Positions 18,360 through 28,520 of a DNA stretch of 61,233 bases are shown piece by piece. The translations under genes and the position numbers were made by a program. Below the pieces are notes generated by a model, which was given only the letters and a program-made list of their open reading frames with translations, ran no database searches and was not told where the DNA came from. The stretch lies in assembly GCA_031411015.1 (NCBI GenBank), contig JANOAF010000636.1, positions 1-61,233 on the forward strand. Reading direction: 5' to 3'. The number at the start of each line of letters is the position of its first letter. The stretch's first letter is position 1. This DNA is from Opitutaceae bacterium. GTDB taxonomy: Bacteria > Verrucomicrobiota > Verrucomicrobiia > Opitutales > Opitutaceae.

Positions 18360-20074
18360 AAACTCTCCTGCGTCTCGCCGCTTTTCTCGTCACCGCGCTT
18401 GTTGCACCCGCCGCCACCACGCCGCGCCCGAACATCATCGTCATCCTCTGTGACGACATGGGTTACTCCGATCTCGGCTGCTATGGCGGCGAAATCGCGA
18501 CCCCAAACCTCGACTCCCTCGCCGGGGCCGGGGTGCGGTTCACGCAATTCTACAACACCGCGCGCTGTTGCCCCACGCGCGCCTCGCTGCTCACCGGACT
18601 CTATCCGCATCAAGCCGGCATCGGCCACATGATGGACAACCAAGGCACCGATGCCTATCGCGGCGACCTCAACAAGCGCAGCGTCACCATCGCCGAGGCC
18701 CTTAAGCCCGCGGGCTACCGCAGCTATGCCGTCGGCAAATGGCGCGTCACGCCCGGTGCCACCGCCGAACAAATCACGCATACACACAATTGGCCCCTCC
18801 AGCGCGGCTTCGATCGCTACTACGGCATCATCCACGGTGCCTCCAGTTTTTGGGATCCCAGCACGCCCGTCCGCGACAACACGTTGATCACGTCCGTCAA
18901 CGACCCCGAATACCAGCCCGCCGAGTATTACCTCACCGACGCCTTCACCGATCACGCCACCCGTTTCATACGCGAACACGCCCGCGACCACGCGAAGAAT
19001 CCGTTTTTCCTCTACCTCGCCTACACCGCCGCGCACTGGCCCATGCACGCCCGCGAGCGCGACATCGCGAAATACAAGGGCCGCTACGACGGCGGCTACG
19101 AGGCCGTCCGCGCCGCGCGCTTCGAGAAGGAAAAGAAACTCGGCGTCATCGCCCCCGACGCCGTGCTCTCCGCCGCGCCCGAAAAATGGTCCGACGTGAA
19201 GAACAAGGAATTCGAGACGCGCTGCATGGAGGTTTACGCCGCCATGATCAGCGTGATGGACGAAGGCGTCGGCCGCGTCGTCGCCGAGCTCAAGGCCACC
19301 GGCCAGCTCGACAACACCCTCATCCTTTTCCTCCAGGACAACGGCGGCTGCGCCGAACTCAACGGCCGCAACGGCGAATTCACGCCGCGCGCCGCCGCGC
19401 CCTCGCTGCCGCCGATGGCGAAGGACGCCCAACACTACGGCAGCGCGCCGAAACAGACCCGCGACGGCTGGCCCGTGCGCCAGGGCTACGGCGTGATGCC
19501 CGGTCCCGCCGACACCTACATCGCCTACGGCCGCGGCTGGGCCAACGTCAGCAACACCCCCTTCCGTGAATACAAGCACTGGTCCCACGAGGGTGGCATC
19601 TCCACCCCGCTCATCGCCCACTGGCCCGCCGGCATCGGCGCCGCGCGCAAGGGTAAACTCGAACCGCAACCCGGCCACCTCATCGATCTCATGGCGACGT
19701 GCGTCGATCTCACCGGCGCGAAATACCCGACCCAGTTCGCGGGCGAAAAAATCCAACCGATGGAAGGTGTGAGCCTGCGCCCCGCCTTCGCCGGCGATTC
19801 GGTCGCGCGCGCCCAACCGATTTTCTGGGAGCACGAGGGCAACCGCGCGATTCGGATCGGCCAGTGGAAACTCGTCTCGAAGCACCCCAGTGGCTGGGAA
19901 CTCTTCGACATCGCCGCCGACCGCGCCGAGCAACGCGACCTCGCTGCCAAATTTCCCGACCGCGTGAAAGACATGTCCGCGCAATACGACGCGTGGGCCA
20001 AGCGCGTCGAAGCCCGCCCGTGGCCGCTCAACCCGCCGGCCGCCGGCAAGGCCGGAAAGAAAAAGTCCGAGTGA
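18356..20074 (+). CDS. Arylsulfatase (family S1, Cys-type)
   Basis: DDMGYSDLG, RCCPTRASLLTG, QDNG and YK..SHEGG motifs; ATGA overlap with upstream gene. Confidence 0.94.
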   Translation: MKTLLRLAAFLVTALVAPAATTPRPNIIVILCDDMGYSDLGCYGGEIATPNLDSLAGAGVRFTQFYNTARCCPTRASLLTGLYPHQAGIGHMMDNQGTDAYRGDLNKRSVTIAEALKPAGYRSYAVGKWRVTPGATAEQITHTHNWPLQRGFDRYYGIIHGASSFWDPSTPVRDNTLITSVNDPEYQPAEYYLTDAFTDHATRFIREHARDHAKNPFFLYLAYTAAHWPMHARERDIAKYKGRYDGGYEAVRAARFEKEKKLGVIAPDAVLSAAPEKWSDVKNKEFETRCMEVYAAMISVMDEGVGRVVAELKATGQLDNTLILFLQDNGGCAELNGRNGEFTPRAAAPSLPPMAKDAQHYGSAPKQTRDGWPVRQGYGVMPGPADTYIAYGRGWANVSNTPFREYKHWSHEGGISTPLIAHWPAGIGAARKGKLEPQPGHLIDLMATCVDLTGAKYPTQFAGEKIQPMEGVSLRPAFAGDSVARAQPIFWEHEGNRAIRIGQWKLVSKHPSGWELFDIAADRAEQRDLAAKFPDRVKDMSAQYDAWAKRVEARPWPLNPPAAGKAGKKKSE

Positions 20075-20270
20075 GCGCTTGAAAGAAGCGGCGGCCCTCC
20101 AGCCGCCGTGATCATCCGGCACACGATTGGCGCTCGAAAATCGCGCCGATGGCCACCGCCATCGAAGGTGCTGCCCAGCCGAGTTGCCGTCGCCGGGGTT
20201 AAAAAAACACCGGCGGGGCAAATTCTTGTCCAATTTTCGCGCATTCGCGCCAATACAGGATGGGACCCCC

Positions 20271-20813
20271 ATGGACCTTGCCTCCGATTCCAGCGCCGAC
20301 GACCAAGCCTTTCTCCGCCAGTTTATGGCCGAGCAGCGCTCGTTGCTGCGCTTCATTCTCCGCTACGTGCCGTGTTCCGCCGATGCCCGCGATATCCTCC
20401 AGGAAACTCTCGTCACGCTCTGGGCGAAGCGCGCGGAGTTCGACGCCACCAGGGAATTTCTACCCTGGGCCTGTGGCATCGCGCGTTTCAAGGTGCGGGA
20501 ATTTTGGCGCCAGCAGCCCCGTTGGGAGGCTTTTGCCCACGCGGACATCATGGACCTGCTCGACCGACGCGGCGAGGAACTCGCGCCGGTCCTCTCCCTT
20601 CGCAGCGAAAAACTCTGCGACTGCGTCGCCAAGCTGCCGGTTGAGCAAAAAAATCTTCTGCACCGCTACTACGACGAGGAAGAGTCGGTCGATAGTCTGG
20701 CCCTGCGCGAAGGCCGGAGCGTGGACGCAATTTACAAAATGCTGCAACGAGTCCGGCGCGCCCTGCTCGAGTGCGTCGAGCGGGGACTGCGAGCGGAAGG
20801 AGCGACACCATGA
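20271..20813 (+). CDS. ECF sigma-70 factor (Planctomycete/Verrucomicrobia type)
   Basis: DARDILQET.VTLW, FLPWACGIARF, and region-4 AIYKMLQRVRRALLECVE. Confidence 0.92.
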   Translation: MDLASDSSADDQAFLRQFMAEQRSLLRFILRYVPCSADARDILQETLVTLWAKRAEFDATREFLPWACGIARFKVREFWRQQPRWEAFAHADIMDLLDRRGEELAPVLSLRSEKLCDCVAKLPVEQKNLLHRYYDEEESVDSLALREGRSVDAIYKMLQRVRRALLECVERGLRAEGATP

Positions 20814-21796
20814 AATCTGAATCGGAGCATGACTCTCTGTTTGCCCGCATTTGCGATGGCGTCGCCACCGCGGAGGAAATCGGACACTTCCACCAGCTGC
20901 TACGGCGTGACGCGGCGGCGTTGGACGCTTGGCTGCACTACTCGTCGCTGCATGCGGAACTCGCGGCGGGCTCAATTCTAGCCGCGCGCGCCACGACGCA
21001 TTCCATCGCGGCCAACGAACCCGCGCGCGTCGGCACCACGCAGGACGAGGCCAAGGTAGTGCGCCCGCGTTTCCGCTTTCCCTGGGCTCCGCAGGCGGCG
21101 GCCGGACTCGTGCTGGGGCTCTGCGCTGCAACCTTGGTCTGGGCCTACGTGGCCCCACTGCCACCGAAATCCTTCACGCTACTCGCCGAGGATTTTGAGA
21201 GCCCCGCACTACCACTCGCCGCTAAGACGGTCTTGGAAACCGGAACGTGGCGGGGCGATGCCGCCGAGATTGTCGGCCCTCAGAACGGCGTTACCCCAGC
21301 GGGTGGAGGTAAGATGCTGCGTTTTCTGCGGGATGATTTTGAAGGCCGGCCCAAGCCAGCCGGCGGCCACATCGCCGTCATCTATCGCCTCATCGACCTA
21401 CGCCCCTACCAAATCGAGATCGCCGGCGGCAGCGGCGTCGTGGAAGTAACCGCGAGCTTCAATGCGACTGATTTCCCCGCGGGTGAACGCTACGGTTGCG
21501 CCATTTCCCTCTACGCGCTCGACGCGGACTCGCTCCCCGACCGGCCGGGACGGCTGGGCTCCGTCTTGTCCAACGATGCCTTGGCCATGGCCCGCAGCAG
21601 TCGCACCGAACTCGACCGCACGCCGGCTGCCTGGCAGCGCGTGACCACGGAACTCCGCCTCCCGCCCAAGGCGGAGTTTCTCGCCGTGCGGCTCCACATC
21701 AGCCAGCCATTCGAGTCGGACGAGAACTCGGTATTCACCGGTAGCTACGTCGATGATGTCCGCGTCTCGCTCACGCAGCGACCGCCATTGCATTGA
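20810..21796 (+). CDS. Membrane-anchored anti-sigma factor candidate
   Basis: ATGA-coupled to the sigma gene; N-terminal helical domain, one TM, periplasmic beta-rich domain. Confidence 0.78.
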   Translation: MKSESEHDSLFARICDGVATAEEIGHFHQLLRRDAAALDAWLHYSSLHAELAAGSILAARATTHSIAANEPARVGTTQDEAKVVRPRFRFPWAPQAAAGLVLGLCAATLVWAYVAPLPPKSFTLLAEDFESPALPLAAKTVLETGTWRGDAAEIVGPQNGVTPAGGGKMLRFLRDDFEGRPKPAGGHIAVIYRLIDLRPYQIEIAGGSGVVEVTASFNATDFPAGERYGCAISLYALDADSLPDRPGRLGSVLSNDALAMARSSRTELDRTPAAWQRVTTELRLPPKAEFLAVRLHISQPFESDENSVFTGSYVDDVRVSLTQRPPLH

Positions 21797-21936
21797 GCAG
21801 GTGTTCGCGCTGCTCGACCGACCGTTTTCCCCTCTCCCACCAAACCCTCCCAATGAAGTCTACCTCGAGCCGTTCCTGTTTCGTCGCCCGACTGCCGCAC
21901 CCGCTAGCATAAATTCTACTCCGTCCGGTCGCGCTC

Positions 21937-24651
21937 GTGCTGCTGTTGCTGGCAGCTCCACTGCACATCGTGGCCCAATCCGCGCCCGCCCTCGCTCCCA
22001 CGACGAAAGAAGAGCCCGTCGCGCTCTCACCTTTTATCATCCAGAGCGAGCGCGAGACCGGGTGGTCGGCCAACGACACGCTCTCCGCCACGCGCACCAA
22101 GCAGGCGCTCAAGGATGTGCCCGTGAACATCGACGCCATCACGTCCGACTTCATGGAAGACCTCGGGCTCTTCTCCGCCGACGAGACCGCGGGCTTTGTC
22201 GCCAACGTTTTCGCGCTGCCCGTCATGGAAAATGACAACCAGGGCGGAAATTTTTCGTTCCGCGGCATGACGCAGACGAACAACATCAGTCGGAATTATT
22301 TCCGGTGGTTCATCCCGAGCGACACCTACAACGTCGAGCGGATCGACTTCGGCAAGGGTTCCAACTCGCTCATCTTCGGCGAAGTCGAACCCGGTGGCCA
22401 AGGCGCGGCATTCACCAAGCGCCCGCTCCTGAAAAATTTCGGCGAGGTCGTCGCGTTCCACAATAGCGCAGGCGCCTATCGCTACCAGCTCGACTACAAC
22501 CGCAAGCTCGCCGCCAATCTCGCCGTGCGGCTCAACGTGGTGCGCCGTCAGGAAAAAACTTTCCAAGACGCGTCCGCTTACAAATTCTCCGGCGAAACGC
22601 TCGCCGCCGTCTGGCAGCCGTTCCGCCACACGTCGATTCGCGTCGAGGGCGAGCTGGGAAAATACGACAACACGCGCGGCTTCGCCGGCATTAACGTCTG
22701 GGAGCAATCCGCCCGCTCGGCCGCGTGGAACACCGCCGGCACCTACTACACCTCCGACGGCGTATGGGTTCTCCAAGCCGCGCAGTCCGCCGCCGATCGG
22801 CTCGGGGCCAACTCGGTCGCCGGTGGCCAGCCATCGCTGATCGAGGGGAGCTACTTTGACGTCAAGATGCGCAACGCGGCGGGCGTCGCCGTCGGCACGA
22901 AACGCCTCAACGGATTTCCGAAACGCTACAATCTCCGCGGCGGTTTCGACCAGCAGGCGCGGCCGTTCAACACCTACTCTGTCACGATCGAGCAGGGAAT
23001 CGGCCCTGTCTCCGTCGAGCTTTCCTACAACCACCAGAATCAGGCCTCCGACCGCAACGACAACTCGTTCGACACCACCATCAGCGTGGACGTAAACGGC
23101 CGGCCATTCGTCGACGCCGCGTCGGACCGGAAACACTTCGGCACCGACACCGATGCCTTTCGCGGCTCCGCCGTCTACAATTGGAAACCGGCAAAATGGC
23201 TGGAGCAGCTCTTCGTCGCCACCGCCGAGTATCGCGAGAGTTCGCAGGACAACTACCGCCTGCAGGGCTACAACGTGAAAAACATTCTCAACGGCACGGC
23301 CACCGCCATCAACACCACGGCCGACCGCGGGCGCCTCCGTCTTTACCTCGACGACCCGCAGTTCTATTCGCGCGCTGTGTTCGACCGCCTCCAATTCACC
23401 AGCCCGCCCGTGACGAACGCCGTCGACATGCGCATGCTCGGCTTCTTTGCCTCGGGCACCGATGCGGCGAGCGGCACGCAGTTCACGCGCAGCGCCGCTG
23501 CGTCGATTTCCGCCAGTGGAAAATATTTCGGCGGCCGGCTCATGTCGCTCGTCGGTTTCCGCCGCGACGAGAACCGCGAGTATGGCTACACGACCACCCG
23601 CTACTTCGGGCAGTTCAACGAGGCGATCCGTCCACCGAAGTATCAGGATGCGCTCAAGGGCGACTACGCCGAGAATCTTTCGCAGCGCCTCGGACACACG
23701 ACGTTCTCCGGCGGCCTCACCTACGTGCTCACCAAGGATCTCAACGTCTACGGCGTCTACTCCGAGTCGTTCCGCTTCCAGGATTTCGTCACCTTCGACA
23801 ACGTTCGCTTCGGCCCGATTATCGGCACGACGAAGGAGATCGGACTGAAGGGCAATTTATTCGACGGCCGCGCCGGCGTCACGCTCGGCGTCTTCGACAT
23901 CGACCGCGAAAACGTCCGGCTCACCTACAACAACATCATCAATCTCAGCGCCGCCAACCTTGAGGATCTGATGAACCCCAACAACATTCTCCCCGGCAAT
24001 TCCGCCTACAAGTTTAGCGCTCCGGGCACGGCGAGCGCCGCGCGCAACTATCAGTCCACGGAAAATTCCACGGGCGCCGATCTCACGCTCGTGCTGCGGC
24101 CGACGAAGCAGCTCCAGCTTCGCTTCACGCTCGCGCGCACGAAGGTCCTCGACACGCCCGACCTCGCTTCTTTCCGCGGCTACTACAATGCCGCCGTCGC
24201 GCGCGGCAACGAGAGCCCAGCCGTCCTCACCACCGCGAAACTCCTCCTCGACTCACTCGACATCCCGGGCAAACCCGCCGGCGCCCAAGCGTCGCCGTGG
24301 TCCGGCAGTTGGGTGATCGACTACAGTTTTGCGCGCGAGAGCTGGGCCCCGCTGCGCGGAGTGCGCGTCGGCGCGAACGGCCGTTATCGCGACAATTACC
24401 TCCTCGGCACCCCCAACGGTCAGAGCCTGATTGGCGGCACGAACCACTTGGTGAACGCCTACGTGATGCGCGACCAAAAGCTCTGGGGTCAGCAGGTCCG
24501 CTTTCGCGTCGGCGTGAAAAATCTCCTCGACCTTGAGAACAGCACGATCCGCAAGACGGGTTTCACCACGTTGTCCAATGGCACCAACGTCCACACCTAT
24601 TCCTACGTGATCCCGCCGCAGGTCGACTTCACCGCGTCCGTGAAATTCTGA
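21937..24651 (+). CDS. TonB-dependent receptor; natural start is probably ATG 21853, interrupted by TAA at 21910
   Basis: Plug nearly identical to 14036-16804 (GWSANDTLSATRTKQALKDVPVNIDAIT); C-terminal Phe. Confidence 0.88.
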   Translation: MLLLLAAPLHIVAQSAPALAPTTKEEPVALSPFIIQSERETGWSANDTLSATRTKQALKDVPVNIDAITSDFMEDLGLFSADETAGFVANVFALPVMENDNQGGNFSFRGMTQTNNISRNYFRWFIPSDTYNVERIDFGKGSNSLIFGEVEPGGQGAAFTKRPLLKNFGEVVAFHNSAGAYRYQLDYNRKLAANLAVRLNVVRRQEKTFQDASAYKFSGETLAAVWQPFRHTSIRVEGELGKYDNTRGFAGINVWEQSARSAAWNTAGTYYTSDGVWVLQAAQSAADRLGANSVAGGQPSLIEGSYFDVKMRNAAGVAVGTKRLNGFPKRYNLRGGFDQQARPFNTYSVTIEQGIGPVSVELSYNHQNQASDRNDNSFDTTISVDVNGRPFVDAASDRKHFGTDTDAFRGSAVYNWKPAKWLEQLFVATAEYRESSQDNYRLQGYNVKNILNGTATAINTTADRGRLRLYLDDPQFYSRAVFDRLQFTSPPVTNAVDMRMLGFFASGTDAASGTQFTRSAAASISASGKYFGGRLMSLVGFRRDENREYGYTTTRYFGQFNEAIRPPKYQDALKGDYAENLSQRLGHTTFSGGLTYVLTKDLNVYGVYSESFRFQDFVTFDNVRFGPIIGTTKEIGLKGNLFDGRAGVTLGVFDIDRENVRLTYNNIINLSAANLEDLMNPNNILPGNSAYKFSAPGTASAARNYQSTENSTGADLTLVLRPTKQLQLRFTLARTKVLDTPDLASFRGYYNAAVARGNESPAVLTTAKLLLDSLDIPGKPAGAQASPWSGSWVIDYSFARESWAPLRGVRVGANGRYRDNYLLGTPNGQSLIGGTNHLVNAYVMRDQKLWGQQVRFRVGVKNLLDLENSTIRKTGFTTLSNGTNVHTYSYVIPPQVDFTASVKF

Positions 24652-24712
24652 CCGCGGACTACTGCCCAAAAGTTCCCGTCCCCTGACTCGTAACCTCGCC
24701 CTGACCTCACCC

Positions 24713-27112
24713 ATGTCCCGCTTCCGTTTCTTCGCCGCCCTCGCGTCTGCTTCGCCCTTTATCGCGCCCGTCGTGCTGGCCCAAACCGCCGCGCCTCGCC
24801 CGCCCACGTCTGAGCTGGTCGAGCTCTCGCCGTTTCAAGTCAGCGCCGAATCCGTGCGCGGCTACGTCGCATCCGAAACCATGACGGGCAGCCGCGTAAA
24901 AACTCCGATCGTCGATCTGCCCTACTCGGTCAACGTGATGACCAGCGAGTTTCTCGAGGACTTCGGCATCTACGATCTCCTCGACAACGTCACCCACATC
25001 TCCGGTTTCACCGGCCTGGACATCGGTGGTAATTTCAACCTCCGCGGATTTTCGTCGTCGAATCAGCTGCGCGACGGATTCTTCCGTCTCGGCCGCTACG
25101 GTTCGAGCAACATTGATCGCCTCGAAATCATCAAGGGCTCCAGCGCCGCCATCTACGGGCGCACGTCCCCCGGCGGTATGGTCAATATGATCTCCAAGAG
25201 TCCGCGCGACGCCGCGAACCAAAAGCTCATGTTCAACTACGGCGACTTCGGCACGCAGCGCGCCACGCTTGAGGCCACCGGTCCATTCTTTCCGGACGCG
25301 TTCGGCAAAACCCGCTATGTTTTCACCGCGAGCCACTATCAGCGGAGTTTCGATCAAGACTACGCCCGCAACCGCAACCACGAATACTATCTCGCCCTCG
25401 ATCACGTCTTCGCCGACGGCTCGAAATTTTTTCTCTCCGGAGAATATTTTCTCCAAATGCGCCACTCCGCACCAAGCGCCGTGCCGCTCGTCACCGACCA
25501 GAGAGGCACCGCCACGACGACCGACGACGTAGCAATCGGCTACGCCGCCAACCTCGGCAAGTTCAACGCCAGCGGGCCAAACAGTGAACTCAATCGCGGC
25601 AACACCGGCCTCACCGCCGTCTACGACAGGAAGCTGAACTCCGTCTTCAGCACCCGCGTTTCGGCCAACACGTTTCAGGCGCGCCGCTGGGACTACAACT
25701 ACGTCAACCAATGGGTCGCTTTCACGATCAACCCCGCGGTCGCGACGACGCCCGTGCGCACCGCACGCGCCGCCGCGCCCAATCGCGGCCGCATTTACGA
25801 GGACGGTGGCGGCTTCCAAGGCGACCTGCTCGCCCACTACTGGACGAACAACCGCGCCATCGAGCACCGCACCCTCGTCACGATCGACATCAACGATTAT
25901 TACCAGTGGAACCCCACCCTCAGCTACGCCCCCGCGAGCAATCCCGACATCGTCGCGTGGTCCACGGCGCGTTTCGTCAACCTCGACCCCAACTGGAATC
26001 CCATCGCGCCCATCGCGTATTTTCCGAAACGCAGCCAGGAGTCGCCTGGCGAAGTGCTCACGCGGGACGGCCGCAAGCACACCACAACCCGCGGCGGAAA
26101 CTTCCGCCAGCAATCCGCGTTCTTCAACGGCTCGCTGCTGACCTACGCTGGCTTCCGCTACGACTCCGTCGTTCACCAGCATCGCGATAAGCTCACGGCC
26201 GGATCGACGTTCGCGCCCTTCATTCCCGGCTACGTCGTCGGCCAAGTCGTCCGCCGCGAAATCAACCAACTCAAGCCCAATGTCGGCCTGAACTACAAAC
26301 TTACGCCGGCCATCCGCGTGTTCGCGAACTACAGCGAAAGCTACTTCCTCGATCAGGGTGACGCCGCGATCGACATCGCGAATTCCGCCTACCGCTCCGA
26401 AATCGCCAACGGCTACGACTACGGTTTCAAGGGCTGCCTCCTCAACGACCGCCTCAACTACACCGTCAGTGGCTACTACATCAATCGTGAGAACGTCCGC
26501 GTCACCGACTTGGTCGAGACACCGCCCGGCTCGGGCACCTTCATCGACGTCACGCGCAACAGCGGCAACCAGCTCGTCCGCGGCTACGAGGTCGACGTGA
26601 ACTGGCAGGCGACCGACGCGCTCTCCGCGCTCCTCAGCTACGGCAACGTCAACTCCATCTACACCGACTTCGGCACCTCATTTCCCGCCGCCGTCGGCCG
26701 CAAGGCGCAATTCATCGCGCCCTACAATGGCAGCGTGAGCCTGAAATACACGCCCGTCCGCGGGGCCGCGAAAGGCTTCTCGGCCAACGTTGGCGTTACA
26801 TTCGTCGGCGCCACGCCTACCGATGCGCCCAACGCGGGCGATGTCTACGCGACGCGCAACGGCGTGAAGGTCGTCACCAGTTCCACCGGCCAGTGGGCCC
26901 TGAAGGCCCCGGCCTACCAGCTCTGGAGCGCCGGCCTGCGCTACCAGTTGGCGGGAAATTCGAGCGTCTCCCACACGATTGCGGTCAACGTAAACAACGC
27001 GTTCAACCGGCAATATTTCAAGGCCGGCTCCAGCGCCGCCACCCGCCTGCGCGGCGAAGATCGCGGCGTTTTCTTCACCTACACTATCAACCACCGCGGC
27101 ACGAAATTTTGA
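24713..27112 (+). CDS. TonB-dependent receptor
   Basis: VELSPFQV, NIDRLEIIKGSSAAIYG.TSPGG.VN plug motif, C-terminal Phe. Confidence 0.92.
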   Translation: MSRFRFFAALASASPFIAPVVLAQTAAPRPPTSELVELSPFQVSAESVRGYVASETMTGSRVKTPIVDLPYSVNVMTSEFLEDFGIYDLLDNVTHISGFTGLDIGGNFNLRGFSSSNQLRDGFFRLGRYGSSNIDRLEIIKGSSAAIYGRTSPGGMVNMISKSPRDAANQKLMFNYGDFGTQRATLEATGPFFPDAFGKTRYVFTASHYQRSFDQDYARNRNHEYYLALDHVFADGSKFFLSGEYFLQMRHSAPSAVPLVTDQRGTATTTDDVAIGYAANLGKFNASGPNSELNRGNTGLTAVYDRKLNSVFSTRVSANTFQARRWDYNYVNQWVAFTINPAVATTPVRTARAAAPNRGRIYEDGGGFQGDLLAHYWTNNRAIEHRTLVTIDINDYYQWNPTLSYAPASNPDIVAWSTARFVNLDPNWNPIAPIAYFPKRSQESPGEVLTRDGRKHTTTRGGNFRQQSAFFNGSLLTYAGFRYDSVVHQHRDKLTAGSTFAPFIPGYVVGQVVRREINQLKPNVGLNYKLTPAIRVFANYSESYFLDQGDAAIDIANSAYRSEIANGYDYGFKGCLLNDRLNYTVSGYYINRENVRVTDLVETPPGSGTFIDVTRNSGNQLVRGYEVDVNWQATDALSALLSYGNVNSIYTDFGTSFPAAVGRKAQFIAPYNGSVSLKYTPVRGAAKGFSANVGVTFVGATPTDAPNAGDVYATRNGVKVVTSSTGQWALKAPAYQLWSAGLRYQLAGNSSVSHTIAVNVNNAFNRQYFKAGSSAATRLRGEDRGVFFTYTINHRGTKF

Positions 27113-27155
27113 ATAGTTGAGCCTTTACCAACCTACGCCTAGAAATTCCCCCTCC

Positions 27156-28484
27156 ATGAAACTACGCTCCCTCTCGCTCGTGTTCGGTTGCCTACTCGGT
27201 CTCTCGCTCAACGCGCTGGGCGCAACCGCCGCGCCAAAACCCAACATCATCTTCATCCTCGCGGATGATTACGGCACCGGAGAGGTCGGATGCTATGGCG
27301 GCGACAGCTACAAGACGCCAAACATTGATGCGCTTGCGCGGGGCGGCATGCGTTACACGAACGCCTACACCATTTCGCTCTGCGGCCCCTCGCGCGCGAT
27401 GATTCTCACGGGGCGGTATCCGTTCCGCACGGGCGCGACCAATCAGGATGCCACCGGCACCTATTCGCCCAAGGATTGGACCATGATGCCGAAGGTGCTG
27501 AAGCCCGCTGGCTACGTCACGTCTGCGGTTGGCAAGTGGGGTCAGCTTCCGCTTGGACCAGCGGAATTCGGATTCGACGACTACCTGAAGTTCAAAGGCA
27601 GCGGCACCTATTGGAACACGCAGGAGCGAGGCAAAACCTATGAAGTTAACGGCAAGACCGTCCCACTGCCTGACAAGGTCTACCTGCCCGACCTGATGCA
27701 CCGGCACGTCGTTAACTTCATCACGACAAACCGCGAACGCCCGTTCTACGTCTACTACTCGCTCTCGCACGTCCACACGGAGATTCTACCGACCCCCGAC
27801 AGCGCCCCCAACAGCACTGATCAGGAAATCTATCGGGACAATGTCAGCTACATGGACAATCTCGTCGGCCGACTCATCGCCGAACTCGATCGCCTAAAGC
27901 TTCGCGAAAAAACGCTGATCGTGTTTCTCGGCGACAACGGCACCGCTGGTGGCCGCTTCGAACGCGCGACGATCGGCGGCCGCACTCTCTCGGGCGCCAA
28001 AGGCTCGATGCTCGAGGGCGGCGGGCTCGTTCCCATGATCGTCAACTGGCCCGGCGTCACCCCGGCAGGCAAAATTTCTCGCGACATGGTGGACTCGAGC
28101 GACTTCTTCCCGACGTTTGCTGAGCTCGCCGGTGCGAAACTTCCGGAGAAGACGATCATCGATGGCCGCAGTCTCGCCCCGCAGTTCCGTGGGGAAAAAG
28201 GGCAACCCCGCACCTGGGCCTTCAACCAACTGGCGCGCATGTGGTATGTCCGCGAAACCGGCTGGAAGCTGAATGAGAAAGGAGAGCTCTACGATATGAG
28301 CGGAGCGCCGTTCGAGGAGAAACTCGTTTCCTCCGACGCAAAAGACTCTGCTGCGCTCGCCGCGCGCCAACGCCTCTCGGCCGTCCTCGCCCAGCTCAAT
28401 CCCGCCGGGGGCATCGTTGACCACGGCGATCCCTCAGGCCGCCACGCGAAGAATGCGGAGAAGGCGAAGCAGAAAAAGCCGTAA
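27156..28484 (+). CDS. Sulfatase (family S1, Cys-type)
   Basis: ADDYG, LCGPSRAMILTG, GDNG and KGSMLEGG motifs; signal peptide. Confidence 0.92.
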   Translation: MKLRSLSLVFGCLLGLSLNALGATAAPKPNIIFILADDYGTGEVGCYGGDSYKTPNIDALARGGMRYTNAYTISLCGPSRAMILTGRYPFRTGATNQDATGTYSPKDWTMMPKVLKPAGYVTSAVGKWGQLPLGPAEFGFDDYLKFKGSGTYWNTQERGKTYEVNGKTVPLPDKVYLPDLMHRHVVNFITTNRERPFYVYYSLSHVHTEILPTPDSAPNSTDQEIYRDNVSYMDNLVGRLIAELDRLKLREKTLIVFLGDNGTAGGRFERATIGGRTLSGAKGSMLEGGGLVPMIVNWPGVTPAGKISRDMVDSSDFFPTFAELAGAKLPEKTIIDGRSLAPQFRGEKGQPRTWAFNQLARMWYVRETGWKLNEKGELYDMSGAPFEEKLVSSDAKDSAALAARQRLSAVLAQLNPAGGIVDHGDPSGRHAKNAEKAKQKKP

Positions 28485-28520
28485 GCCGGCCTCGATCCCT
28501 TTCCCCCACAGACCACGCTC

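Noticed and set aside
18326-20356. 676-aa minus-strand ORF (and similar ORFs at 22027, 24707, 29140, 31585)
   Set aside because: Antisense shadows of genes with clear motifs.
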